Shown here: positions 28,230 through 38,200 of the stretch, piece after piece
Layout of the letters: every line of letters starts with the position of its first letter
How positions within the stretch are numbered: position 1 is the first letter of the stretch
Virus record (IMG/VR): IMGVR_UViG_3300011226_000001
Coordinates: 128,001 to 192,000 of that record
DNA: 64,000 nt
Direction: 5' to 3' (one strand)
Source: a virus
Lineage: Duplodnaviria > Caudoviricetes
The notes under the pieces: generated by a model
The model's input: the letters and a program-made list of their open reading frames with translations, nothing else
Told to the model about the DNA's origin: nothing
The model's database searches: none
Position numbers and translations under genes: made by a program

Positions 28230-29519
28230 ATGATCATGGCTAAGACTGCCAAAAACAATGAAGTTAGCAGTATCAGCGCATCTGTTGACTATAGCTCTGG
28301 GAACATGGCTGCCCTGCGTGGTGCACGTACAGCGAAAGAGTTCCGTAACGTACTCGACCGTGTAGTTGCAACTGCACAAAGCGTCACTATCCCTAAGCAC
28401 CTTCTGTCTGTCAGCGCTAAAGCTATTGAGCTGTCCGATATCGAAGGCGGTATCAAAGGCAAGCAGACAAAGACGATTGACTTGAATCAGGTTATCGACC
28501 TGTCTAAGATTGATATCACCGATGTACGCAACAAAGCGCAGTACAACAATCAGGTGAGTCAACTCAGTCAGGCAATCGGCGAACTGTCCGTTGCGTATCA
28601 GATTCTCAGCAGCAAAACTTTCAGCGCGTTCAAAGACCAAAGCGCAGCCGCTAAGTCTCTGTTGAGCGTTATCGCACAAGCGAAAGACCAGCAGAACAAA
28701 CTGGTTAAACTTATGAGCATCGACGTTAAGAACGGCGCTCCTAAAGAACACACCAAGCTGGCCGCAACCATCGCTAACTACCTGTCGAAGATTCTGAATA
28801 AAGAAGACTATTCGAAGATTCGTACTCGTACTTTCATCGCGTCCGGCACTGACCCGATTTGCTTCCAGACCTATGTGTTCATCGACAACTTCGTGAACTC
28901 AGACGGTATGCACTACCCGAACTATGCTCTTGTACTGTCTACCACGATCGCGGTCGCAAGCGGTATCAGCGAAAACTTCCTGACGTCACTCGTTGACGAG
29001 AAAGTCCCTGGCTCATTCCCTATGGGTCGTCAGATTGCTACTGCTCCAGAGATGAAGCGTACCATCAACCACCTGATGGCTCTCGACGGATTCTTGAACT
29101 ACAGTGAGCGTAAGCCAATCAACCGTTCTACGCAGAACCTGCGTGACACGACGATGCTGGGTAATGCGCAGCACACCATTCGCGGTCGTAAGAAAGAAAT
29201 CTTCGACAACGTGCGTGTGCAGAACGACAGCCTGTATGTTCGCCTCGTTCCGGGTCTTAGCCCGACTGAGAAGAAAGAAGCTGTTACGGAAATTCTGGGC
29301 ATGGCATCTACCGCACTTCGCGCTGGCCGCGGCGGTAAGAACAGCATCGTGCATCAGATGGTGAATGGCCGTAATGGCCGTGAGTTCGTTAAAGTCTCAC
29401 TGACTGGTAGCGGCGGCACTGCTAAAGGCGTCCTGACTCTGCGTAAGATCGACGAGATTGCAGACGTTATGGGTCTGAACCCGCAACAGAAACGCCTGCT
29501 GAAACAGTCTGTTAAGTAA
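28230..29519 (+). CDS. Probable virion protein
   Basis: 429 aa, CTAATTT upstream, SSISAS and LSVSAK motifs near the N-terminus. Confidence 0.7.
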   Translation: MIMAKTAKNNEVSSISASVDYSSGNMAALRGARTAKEFRNVLDRVVATAQSVTIPKHLLSVSAKAIELSDIEGGIKGKQTKTIDLNQVIDLSKIDITDVRNKAQYNNQVSQLSQAIGELSVAYQILSSKTFSAFKDQSAAAKSLLSVIAQAKDQQNKLVKLMSIDVKNGAPKEHTKLAATIANYLSKILNKEDYSKIRTRTFIASGTDPICFQTYVFIDNFVNSDGMHYPNYALVLSTTIAVASGISENFLTSLVDEKVPGSFPMGRQIATAPEMKRTINHLMALDGFLNYSERKPINRSTQNLRDTTMLGNAQHTIRGRKKEIFDNVRVQNDSLYVRLVPGLSPTEKKEAVTEILGMASTALRAGRGGKNSIVHQMVNGRNGREFVKVSLTGSGGTAKGVLTLRKIDEIADVMGLNPQQKRLLKQSVK

Positions 29520-30625
29520 TGGCGTTAACGCACTTCAAGGTAGATCGCACATTCAAGGAGAACACGTATAGCGGGCAGTATCGTCCGAATCAAATGCGTA
29601 ACGCTTCTCCGTATGTGCTCGATACTATCGTTCGTCAAGTTCTCGGTTATTTGATTGAAGCGCAGATGCCTTTCACCAAGGCTCTGAACTTCACTCTGGT
29701 GAACGTGTTTAGCACTGACAACAATATGTCGATGGGTTACTCGAATCGTCCTGATGATTCAGTGATCATGATTGACAGTGGCATTGCTTTCACGTTCTGC
29801 CTGAAATCTCGCGCTAACCGTATTCTCCCTCAGCCTATGACTCAGCTTGGCCGTGGGCGCTACTGGCGACTGTGGGGAACTGAGAACAATAACGAATACA
29901 TCACTATCGGTCTTCCTCGTTCAGTTATCTTCGGACTGAACGGTAACGGTGTTGAGATGCTGAACGTTGTGTACAACACTATTGGTGCTGTCACTCGCAA
30001 CTACGTCCAGCTTGTATCAAGTTCTAACCTTGGGCCTTCGCAGAGCGCTCGCGATCTTGCATCGCAGGCGAACCTTGTGAAAGACCTGTCTGTGTCGAAC
30101 CTGATGCGTACAGTGCCTTACGATGAATGGCACTTCAACATCAACATCTGGAAAGACTACTCGGAGATGCTTATCCCCGACGTGATGCGTAAAGACTTTC
30201 CTCTTTACTTCTGTATCTTCATCCTGCCCGGCCTGTACTTGCCAAATGTAGGTAAGTTCGGCACGGAGTTCATCGAGAAGACTGTGGTTGATTTCGTTGC
30301 GAGAGGCTTGACGAAGATTGCTGCTTCGCTGGCGTCGCCTATCATCGATCAGAGTCCTGAGTTGCTTGCTGCACTCTACTTGCTGTTAACTCCGACGCAG
30401 GACACAAGCGACATGGAAGCAAGCAACGTTGAGCGAACCAACTTCGTGCGTAGCTATTTCTATAACCTGAGTCAGAACATGCAGAACGTTCCTGAGTATC
30501 AGGCTAAGGTAGTACGCACAGCGAACTCGAACCACGTTGCAATGGCACGAGCGCTTATTGAAGGTGGGTATAACGACCAGCTACGCAATCTGATTGAGTA
30601 TCTGGGACTCACTAAGGCAGACTGA
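29519..30625 (+). CDS. Hypothetical (probable virion) protein
   Basis: 368 aa, TAATG coupling in late-type operon. Confidence 0.7.
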   Translation: MALTHFKVDRTFKENTYSGQYRPNQMRNASPYVLDTIVRQVLGYLIEAQMPFTKALNFTLVNVFSTDNNMSMGYSNRPDDSVIMIDSGIAFTFCLKSRANRILPQPMTQLGRGRYWRLWGTENNNEYITIGLPRSVIFGLNGNGVEMLNVVYNTIGAVTRNYVQLVSSSNLGPSQSARDLASQANLVKDLSVSNLMRTVPYDEWHFNINIWKDYSEMLIPDVMRKDFPLYFCIFILPGLYLPNVGKFGTEFIEKTVVDFVARGLTKIAASLASPIIDQSPELLAALYLLLTPTQDTSDMEASNVERTNFVRSYFYNLSQNMQNVPEYQAKVVRTANSNHVAMARALIEGGYNDQLRNLIEYLGLTKAD

Positions 30626-30626
30626 T

Positions 30627-31790
30627 ATGCGCACAACAGAAGGTAACGTACTGGTCCTTGAAGAAAGTTTCTTCGATGATCTAGACCAGCCTGTTTATCC
30701 TCTATCGGATGACATGGGACCTGTCGTAAGTCTCATTGATCCAGAAGACAAATCAGTGCTGGCTCAAGTAGTCGCAACGCCCGGTGAAGTGCCGGGCTAC
30801 TGGACTGCTGATGTTGCAATTCCAAACATGGGGCTGGTGGACGATAAACGTCTGACCGTCAAATGGCGCTATGAGTCCGAAGAAGGAATCATGCAGTCGA
30901 GTCAGGAACTCACCGTTGAGCCACTGACTGAAAACCGTGTGACAGATATCGTGACGCTGTTTGGTGACAACGAAACGTTTGAGATGACGTTGCCGTTTCA
31001 CTTTGACACGCGTGGTGATAAGCTGAGATTCCAGCTCGCACTCAACAACCAAATCGTTGCATCTGATATCGACTCCGGCGATGCGGGTGTGAAGATGATT
31101 GTGAACCGCGCCAAGACCTGTGTGTTTCAAGTGCCTGTGTGGGTTGCGACTCGCCGCCTTGAGCCTATCAGCTTAATCGCACACTACACCTCTGCGACAC
31201 GCAAGACAACTAAGATGCTGACGTATAAGCTGTGGGCAATTACGCCTCAGATTCTTATTGCAGCGTCAATGGTTGAAGACCACATCAACAAAGCTCGCGC
31301 TATGGATGTTATCCCGCAGCTTGAGTACACCCAAGCAGATATCATGAACTATCTGTTCCGTGGTCTGGCGTTGTTCAACACTATCGGCCCGCGTGTTACT
31401 GGATTTAACGGCACGAACATGCAGGGTACTATCCTGAACGGTTGGGTTATCTGTAGCTGCTACTATGCGCTTGCTGCTCAACTACAGGCAGAAGGACAGT
31501 TAGCATTTGACTTCACAGGTCAGGTAGTTAACTTGAACATGGACCGAACACCTTCGATAGAAGCTGCATTAGGCAGACTCGAAACGGAGATTCAAGGTCC
31601 TGTTACGAACTTGAAGAACAAACTGTCTAAGGCCGGAATCAACGACGGTGATGGTTCTCAGGGTTCTGGTGCGATTGACGGTGCTCGCGCACTTGGCAAG
31701 CTCGGCATCACAAACAGCCCAACAACCAAATGGGCTACTGTTGGTAACCGCAGTATCTGGGTCAATGCGCGGTATCGCGTGACAGGCTAA
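30627..31790 (+). CDS. Probable virion protein (neck/adaptor-like C-terminal half)
   Basis: Start MRTTEG; operon context; function is weak inference. Confidence 0.55.
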   Translation: MRTTEGNVLVLEESFFDDLDQPVYPLSDDMGPVVSLIDPEDKSVLAQVVATPGEVPGYWTADVAIPNMGLVDDKRLTVKWRYESEEGIMQSSQELTVEPLTENRVTDIVTLFGDNETFEMTLPFHFDTRGDKLRFQLALNNQIVASDIDSGDAGVKMIVNRAKTCVFQVPVWVATRRLEPISLIAHYTSATRKTTKMLTYKLWAITPQILIAASMVEDHINKARAMDVIPQLEYTQADIMNYLFRGLALFNTIGPRVTGFNGTNMQGTILNGWVICSCYYALAAQLQAEGQLAFDFTGQVVNLNMDRTPSIEAALGRLETEIQGPVTNLKNKLSKAGINDGDGSQGSGAIDGARALGKLGITNSPTTKWATVGNRSIWVNARYRVTG

Positions 31791-31830
31791 CCCTAAGTTT
31801 ACTAATTTCAATTGTCGAAACATTCAGGAG

Positions 31831-32637
31831 ATGACAATGAAGGCTTTCATCAAACAGATTGACGCGCTTAACGATTCCCAAAGCGTGGCCATCGTGCAAG
31901 TGACTCACAACGTCGGTGAAAACATCGCTGACAACTTCGGCGCTATCGTAAGCGCTTCCTGCAATCGTGAATACATGCCTGTTGAAGGTGCGTCATCCAT
32001 GATCGAGCAGGGTAAAACCACCAGCTTCGTTCGTACCATTCTGAATCGTATGCAGGACGTTATCCCTGTGTCTCAGATGGGTGACGAGTTCCAGGCGCTG
32101 TCCAAGAACATGTACATGGACAAGTCAGAGCGCATGTGGGCGATTCGTCGCAGCGAAAGCGGTGAAGACGTGCTGGTGCGCGAAAGCAGCGCGAACGACA
32201 ACGTTGAACTGATCGATATGATTCGTTCCGTGTCTGGTGCTTCTGCTGTTTCTCTGTCAACCTCTATGCCTACTCTGGCACAGGCGATTGCGCGTAACGA
32301 TCTGATTCTGGCCGGCGCTGTTGGCGGTGACATGGTTAGCTTCGTGTCTAACTCAGGTGCTCTGAAAGTCGGCTTCGTTGCTGCGAACGTAACTGACGAC
32401 AACACCTTCCTCGTTGTTGACGAGCAGGGTAATGAAGAACAGATTAGCTCCATGAGCATGGTAGCTGTGCTGTCCGGTAACGAGCTGGACGAGCGCCAGT
32501 TCCCTGAGATCGATAGCGTGTCTGCTGCCGCTGGTGTTGACGTACCGAAGCTGCTGGACTACTACGCTAAAGTATTCCGCTACAGCCCGGAATACTACGG
32601 TAAGATTGCATCGATCATCAAAGGTCATAGCTTCTAA
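31831..32637 (+). CDS. Probable abundant virion protein with internal S-x-S motifs
   Basis: 268 aa, own CTAATTT motif and terminator 32647-32674; RSVSG, VSLST, DSVSA. Confidence 0.7.
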   Translation: MTMKAFIKQIDALNDSQSVAIVQVTHNVGENIADNFGAIVSASCNREYMPVEGASSMIEQGKTTSFVRTILNRMQDVIPVSQMGDEFQALSKNMYMDKSERMWAIRRSESGEDVLVRESSANDNVELIDMIRSVSGASAVSLSTSMPTLAQAIARNDLILAGAVGGDMVSFVSNSGALKVGFVAANVTDDNTFLVVDEQGNEEQISSMSMVAVLSGNELDERQFPEIDSVSAAAGVDVPKLLDYYAKVFRYSPEYYGKIASIIKGHSF

Positions 32638-32696
32638 TCAAACCCTAAAGGGAGCCTCGCGGGGTTCCCTTTTTCATTTCTATCGAGGATTTTCAC

Positions 32697-33524
32697 ATGG
32701 CGGCCATAAGCTTGGATGACATTGGCTCTTTCGCACAATCTGCTGCTAAAAAGAAAAGCAAGGCGAAAGTTAAAGCTAAGACCACCGTCAAGAAAGCTAA
32801 GACAGTTAGCAAAGGCGTTAAGGTCAAAAAGAAAAAGAAGTCTGATCCCTCTAATGATATGCTGCCTCAGAACACCGATGCTGGTGACTTCTATGCCGAC
32901 ATTGCAGCAACACAAAAGGCAATCAAATCTCTTCCTGCTCCTGACGCTGAACCTGTGAAGAAGCCGAAGAAGAAAAAGAAAGAGAATGCTGTAGACACGA
33001 TCAAAAAGAAAAAGAAGAAAGATAAAAAGAGCCTGAGCAATGATATCGTTGCGCTTGAAGGGCAGTTCATCGAAGCAATGGCTGATGTGCCTGACGTCAT
33101 CAAGCAAGAGAATGAACAGATCGCTGAATACATGACGATGTTCAAACAGTGTCAGGACATGGCTCGTCTGTGTGAGAAGAACTACAAAGAGAAATTGCAG
33201 AGCCGTGATATCTATGCGCTGATGCAACTCTATAACCAGATGCGTGAAATCATTGCAGACCTTCGCGCATTGCGTGACGTTGGCCAGCTCGGTGAGATTC
33301 TCAACGAAGAAGTGCTTGGTCCTTTCGCTGAATCGTCCGGTACTATTCTGGTTAGTGTGTTCCACCAAGTGAACGCATGGAACAAAAAGAACTTGCCTAT
33401 CGAACTCGTTAACGCAGCGCAGAATGCAGTTCAGGCTATTATCAGACGCGCAGCAAAAGACGTAGAACAGTCCTATCAAGCGAGTCTAACAAAGACCGTG
33501 CAGATATTCAGTGCGAGCGCCTAA
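32697..33524 (+). CDS. Hypothetical protein, poly-Lys N-terminal half and helical C-terminal half
   Basis: 275 aa, GAGG SD. Confidence 0.75.
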   Translation: MAAISLDDIGSFAQSAAKKKSKAKVKAKTTVKKAKTVSKGVKVKKKKKSDPSNDMLPQNTDAGDFYADIAATQKAIKSLPAPDAEPVKKPKKKKKENAVDTIKKKKKKDKKSLSNDIVALEGQFIEAMADVPDVIKQENEQIAEYMTMFKQCQDMARLCEKNYKEKLQSRDIYALMQLYNQMREIIADLRALRDVGQLGEILNEEVLGPFAESSGTILVSVFHQVNAWNKKNLPIELVNAAQNAVQAIIRRAAKDVEQSYQASLTKTVQIFSASA

Positions 33525-33558
33525 AGTCTGTAAATATAACTGTATTTAGGAGAATAAT

Positions 33559-33924
33559 ATGGCATACAGACCTAAGGGTGGTATTGCTGCAAGGCAGATG
33601 GGAGGTCGAGGTCGTAGCATGTCTACTTCTCAACGTCTTGCAGGTGTTACTGGTTTCGAACGTGCTCGCGTAGGCACTCATGTTCGAATGGATCGATCTG
33701 ATTGGACTCGTCTTAAAATGAGTATCATTGACGAGCGCGGTCAGTTCTGTGAACGCTGCGGCACACCTACTGCCCAGCTTATTCTTAACCACAAAGTTGG
33801 ACATGCCAAAGGCGGTTCGAACATGAAGCACAACCTTGAACTGCTGTGCTACAATTGTGACAACAACCAGATAGGTAGTGATAACCGCCGTGGCTCAAGA
33901 CTGCTTCATGGAGGTAGACGGTGA
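33559..33924 (+). CDS. Small HNH endonuclease
   Basis: CERCG, NHKVGHAKGGSN..NLELLCYNC. Confidence 0.8.
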   Translation: MAYRPKGGIAARQMGGRGRSMSTSQRLAGVTGFERARVGTHVRMDRSDWTRLKMSIIDERGQFCERCGTPTAQLILNHKVGHAKGGSNMKHNLELLCYNCDNNQIGSDNRRGSRLLHGGRR

Positions 33925-34703
33925 GTCGTTTGAAAAAATATGGCTCAGACGTTGGGCTGGACTTACGCAACTTTCCTGATTGCGTCAGCCCTGAGTATAT
34001 CGAAGCGTGGGGAGCATTCATCTCTACGCAGACTGCGGTTGATCTGTTTCACTCACTGCCGCAACCTCTAGGTATGCAACGCGTAGTAGAGGGCTTCCTG
34101 TCTTCTCTCGCAAAGACCAGCACTCAGTTTCTGCTGCGTCCTGTTCCGCCTATCACGAAGCATTCTATCGAGCAGGCTAAGACCTTGCTACAGCTTCAAC
34201 AGCGTGACCTGAAACAGTGGCTGCAACGTATTGAGTTCAGCAGCAAGTTTCGTCTGGCGGAAGTGTACAGTCGAACTGATAGCGACTACAACCGTGTTGC
34301 TAACTGCATCAACACCACGATCGATATCTATCTGGTGTATGTGCCGCAGACGACTCGTGGTGGCATACCCAAGATTGGTGAGCTACTGCATAAGCAGGTT
34401 CCTTACTGGTTTTCGAACAAAGAACCAAAGGCTTTGTTCAAAACTGATAATTTGACGAAGAAACTGGCAAAGTCTCCTCTGCCTGTTGTGCCGGACACTT
34501 ATCCTTCAATTCAACAAGCAATGCTGTCGCCTCGGTCTTGGCATCCTTGGAGTATTGAACAGGGTGTGGACTGTATGCGTGTTAAGGGCAATGCAATCGC
34601 ACTGCACCTGCAATCACGTAGACTGTGTTGTTTCTTGTCCTCGTACAAACGTCATGCTGTGGAGAAGAAGCTCAACTCTTTGGTCAAGAGCATTTTTATT
34701 TAG
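33921..34703 (+). CDS. Hypothetical protein
   Basis: 260 aa, GGAGG SD, GTGA overlap. Confidence 0.75.
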   Translation: MSRLKKYGSDVGLDLRNFPDCVSPEYIEAWGAFISTQTAVDLFHSLPQPLGMQRVVEGFLSSLAKTSTQFLLRPVPPITKHSIEQAKTLLQLQQRDLKQWLQRIEFSSKFRLAEVYSRTDSDYNRVANCINTTIDIYLVYVPQTTRGGIPKIGELLHKQVPYWFSNKEPKALFKTDNLTKKLAKSPLPVVPDTYPSIQQAMLSPRSWHPWSIEQGVDCMRVKGNAIALHLQSRRLCCFLSSYKRHAVEKKLNSLVKSIFI

Positions 34704-34713
34704 GAGAAGAACC

Positions 34714-35208
34714 GTGATTGACGTAAACTCGCGGCTTCATATTCTGCTTTCCGGTATTGCGACAAGCGATAAGCGCTACGCAAATGCGGCTGGTGAGATC
34801 ATGAAGTCTGTCTCTGAGGCGCGAGAGCCTATTCAACTGCCTCAATCAGTTCTCGAACTGTTGGGCCGTTCTAACGTGCCGGATATCACTCCGTTTGATC
34901 AGGCTGATCTGCTCTTGATTATGGATGCGCTTGCGAAAGCATTGCTGTCCATTCAGAGCGTCCCTGATACAACGCCGGTTGATGACGGCAAGTACCGCGC
35001 TTATCTGTCCGAGTATCGCCTGCAATATCAGACAATGACAAACGATCAACTCATGTCTGTGTTTACGCGCGATAAGTTCGAAGGGCTTAACCCTCTTCGA
35101 GCCTATGCTCTGGCAGTAGTGCTGTCTGATCTTGCTGCTGATCGTCGCTTGCCTGTTCCAAGCGTGTGGCAATCAGTAATCGACAACTATACCAAACTGG
35201 GTGAATGA
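34714..35208 (+). CDS. Hypothetical protein
   Basis: GTG start after AGGAG within ORF 34486..35208. Confidence 0.7.
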   Translation: MIDVNSRLHILLSGIATSDKRYANAAGEIMKSVSEAREPIQLPQSVLELLGRSNVPDITPFDQADLLLIMDALAKALLSIQSVPDTTPVDDGKYRAYLSEYRLQYQTMTNDQLMSVFTRDKFEGLNPLRAYALAVVLSDLAADRRLPVPSVWQSVIDNYTKLGE

Positions 35209-38200
35209 TGAATCAGATGATTAGTGTGTCAGCAACAGCGACTCAGCAAATCGCCGATACGTTTAATCAGGCGCTTGCTATTCGTCCGTTGCCGCCCGAG
35301 TTTGATGCGAAAACATCGAAGATGTACGCTACAGGGAAGTCTCGTCGTAACTACGAAGCCCTCGCAGTGTTTACCGCATCAACCGTGGCACGTATCTATG
35401 CGGCTTTCGACCTGATTAACTACATCGTTGTGAACGGTGCAGAGTTCGAAGACATGCTGGAAGTAGCACCTGAAGATTTCCAGAAGCGTGTTAAGAACAA
35501 CATCGACGCGTCTACGCTGAAAATCAATATGCTGCTCAACGGTGATAAACTGAGCCGTGAGATTAAGACTGCTCTGGCCGAGCACCTGTCTTCTTCCTCT
35601 GGTGCTATCATCGAAAACAGTACGCGCTTCCCTGGCGGTAAAGATATCATCATGTCTGGTACTCCGTGCCCGACTAGCCCGCTGGCCTCGAACGGTAACT
35701 TCAACGTTCTGAACAATCAGGGTAGCGACCGTCCTCGCGTTGATAACGATGCGAACTTCGAAAGCGCTAACCTGCGCACGTACAGCGCTGACATTGCTCA
35801 ACAGGCAATTCGTGTTGCGAAGACTATCTACAAAGATATCTTCGGCGTTGACCGTACTAACGGTAATGCGTTCGACACCAAGATGGTACGCATCCCTCTC
35901 GATAAAGACTGGTCTGTGTATAACGCTGCTCTGCGTTCTATTCACCCTTCAATGCACAACATTGATATCGACCTGTTCCGCAATCTGGAGAAGCCTGTAG
36001 TCGATGGTCTGGGTGACTTCATGACTATCGGTATTCGTTCAATCCCCGGCAAGGCCATGATTGATCGTAAGATTCAGGCGATGAAGATCAGCCCTGACAC
36101 TCCTGTTGATTTTAACGAAGTGGCACTCGCTACCGATGTTCGCGTTGAAGGTGGCCTGATCGTTAACTTCGAGAAAGAGATGGTTGAGTACATCTCTCAG
36201 GGTGCTGACACGCAGACCATGTGTCTGTATCGTTGGTTCCAGGGTTGGGCGAGCTACTACTTCCGTGTTGCTGGTTCTACTCGTACTGGTATCACTCGTG
36301 CTGCACGTATCCCGCGCTATGTAACGTCTGCTACTTCTCTGCCTGAATTGAAGAAGCTGCGTGAAAAGTTCGGTTACGCCGTGAACGATGTGGTCGCAGA
36401 CGAGAATGGTATGACCATCATGCCGAACGGCACCATGGCTGTGCTGCCGCGTCGTGAAGACATTGACCTTGAAATGGTTAAGACCTACGAAACCTCCTTG
36501 AACGGTGTGCTTGAAGATCTGTTCGAGAAAGGCATTCCGCTGTCCACCGAACACGACACGCTGCGTACCAACATGTTCGCTATCCAGAATAAGAATCTGG
36601 ACTTCGACCGTGACATTCAGGCGAAAGCTAAGTCTCTGTCTCGTTTTAGTGACGTGTGTATCGGTATTGACCCTGACTTCTCACTGATTGTAAACACCTC
36701 GAACGGCGGAGGGCTGGCAGTTAACGAAACGCGTACTGTCGGTATGAAAGCACCGAACTCGCTGGACGTTGCTGATGCTTTAGGCTACGACTTCGCAGAG
36801 CCGGGTGAAGCACCAAACTTCCGTTCTGTGTCGAACGTGATTGGTAACATCTATCACAATCAGGCATCTGGCGGTATGGCGCTGTATCGTCCTTCGTATG
36901 ACACGATGATCGAAGCTGCTAAGGTTGAATCAGGAAGTGGTAAGTTGGTTGAGAGTGTGAGTGAATCCACAATCAAGTTCAACTCTCCCGAAGGTTCTAA
37001 TCTGCCTGAGCTGCTGAACATCATTGCGCAGACGTGTCAGACCTACGAGTTCATGCTCAAGAACAAACAAGTTCCTGACCTGAAAACGCTGGTGGAGAAC
37101 GCGCGTAAAGCAATCGGCATGGACGCAGAGAACGCTTCCCTGTCTGAAAGCCCGATGGACAAAGACCTGTACGAGAATCTGATTGCTAACGACTTCTCTG
37201 TACCAGAGTTGGCTAGCGAGCGTCCTGCAATGACCATGCTTCGCATCATGATTCGTGTGCTGAACGATGCTGCCGGTCTGCGTGGTTCTAACCTAATCGC
37301 CACCAGCCTGAGCGAGATGGGAAGCATTCAGGCTGCAACCGAATCTCTGCCGTCGCACACTCACTACTTCGTGATGGGTGAGAAGTCAAAGCTGTCTGAC
37401 ATGGCACGACTCAACAACTACTTCGGTGGTGCGCTGTATCGTGAAATGGCACAGTCTCTGGTACGCGCTGATCGTAAGAAGCTGTTTAGCTCTCTGATCG
37501 AAAGCGAGCAGGCGCCTGGCTCTGGCCGTCTGCAACAAATCATTCTGCCGTTCGCTACGATGTACAGCGACGTGATTCCTAAGTCCCTTGAGATTTTCGA
37601 ATCGGCTGAGACTGAGATCGAACGCCTGAAACCTGATAGCGGTATCACGATTGACGATATCCGTATTCCGGGTCTGAAAGACGGTGCAGCGTTACTGCCG
37701 CATCAGGTCGAAGCGCATAAAACACTGCGTCGTCGTCCGCGCTTTGCGACAATCTTTATCGCGCCTGGTGGTGGTAAGACGATTATCGGTCTGACTGATA
37801 TCGCAGCGACTATCAAGGAGCTTGACGATTTAGGTGAAGAGAACATTCGTCCTCTGATCATCTGTCCGTCTAACCTCGTAGCGAACTGGTGTGATGACCT
37901 CCACAAAATCGTTAACGGTTGGAACGCAGTGCCTATTACTGCTGACACCGTGAACACGTGGGGTGAAGAACGTATGTACGATGTGATCTCTCAGTCGCCT
38001 CGTAACACAATCTTCATCGTCGGCCTGAGCTATCTGCAAACAGGTACGTTCAACGTTGATATCGGCGGTGTGCGTGTTCGTGTGCGTGGTGCTGTAGAGT
38101 TCGTTAACCGCTTCAAGTTCAGCTACGTGCTGCTTGATGAATCACACAAAGTTAAGAACTTCTCTGGTGGTCAATCTGGTTCTCAGGTTCACTTCAACAC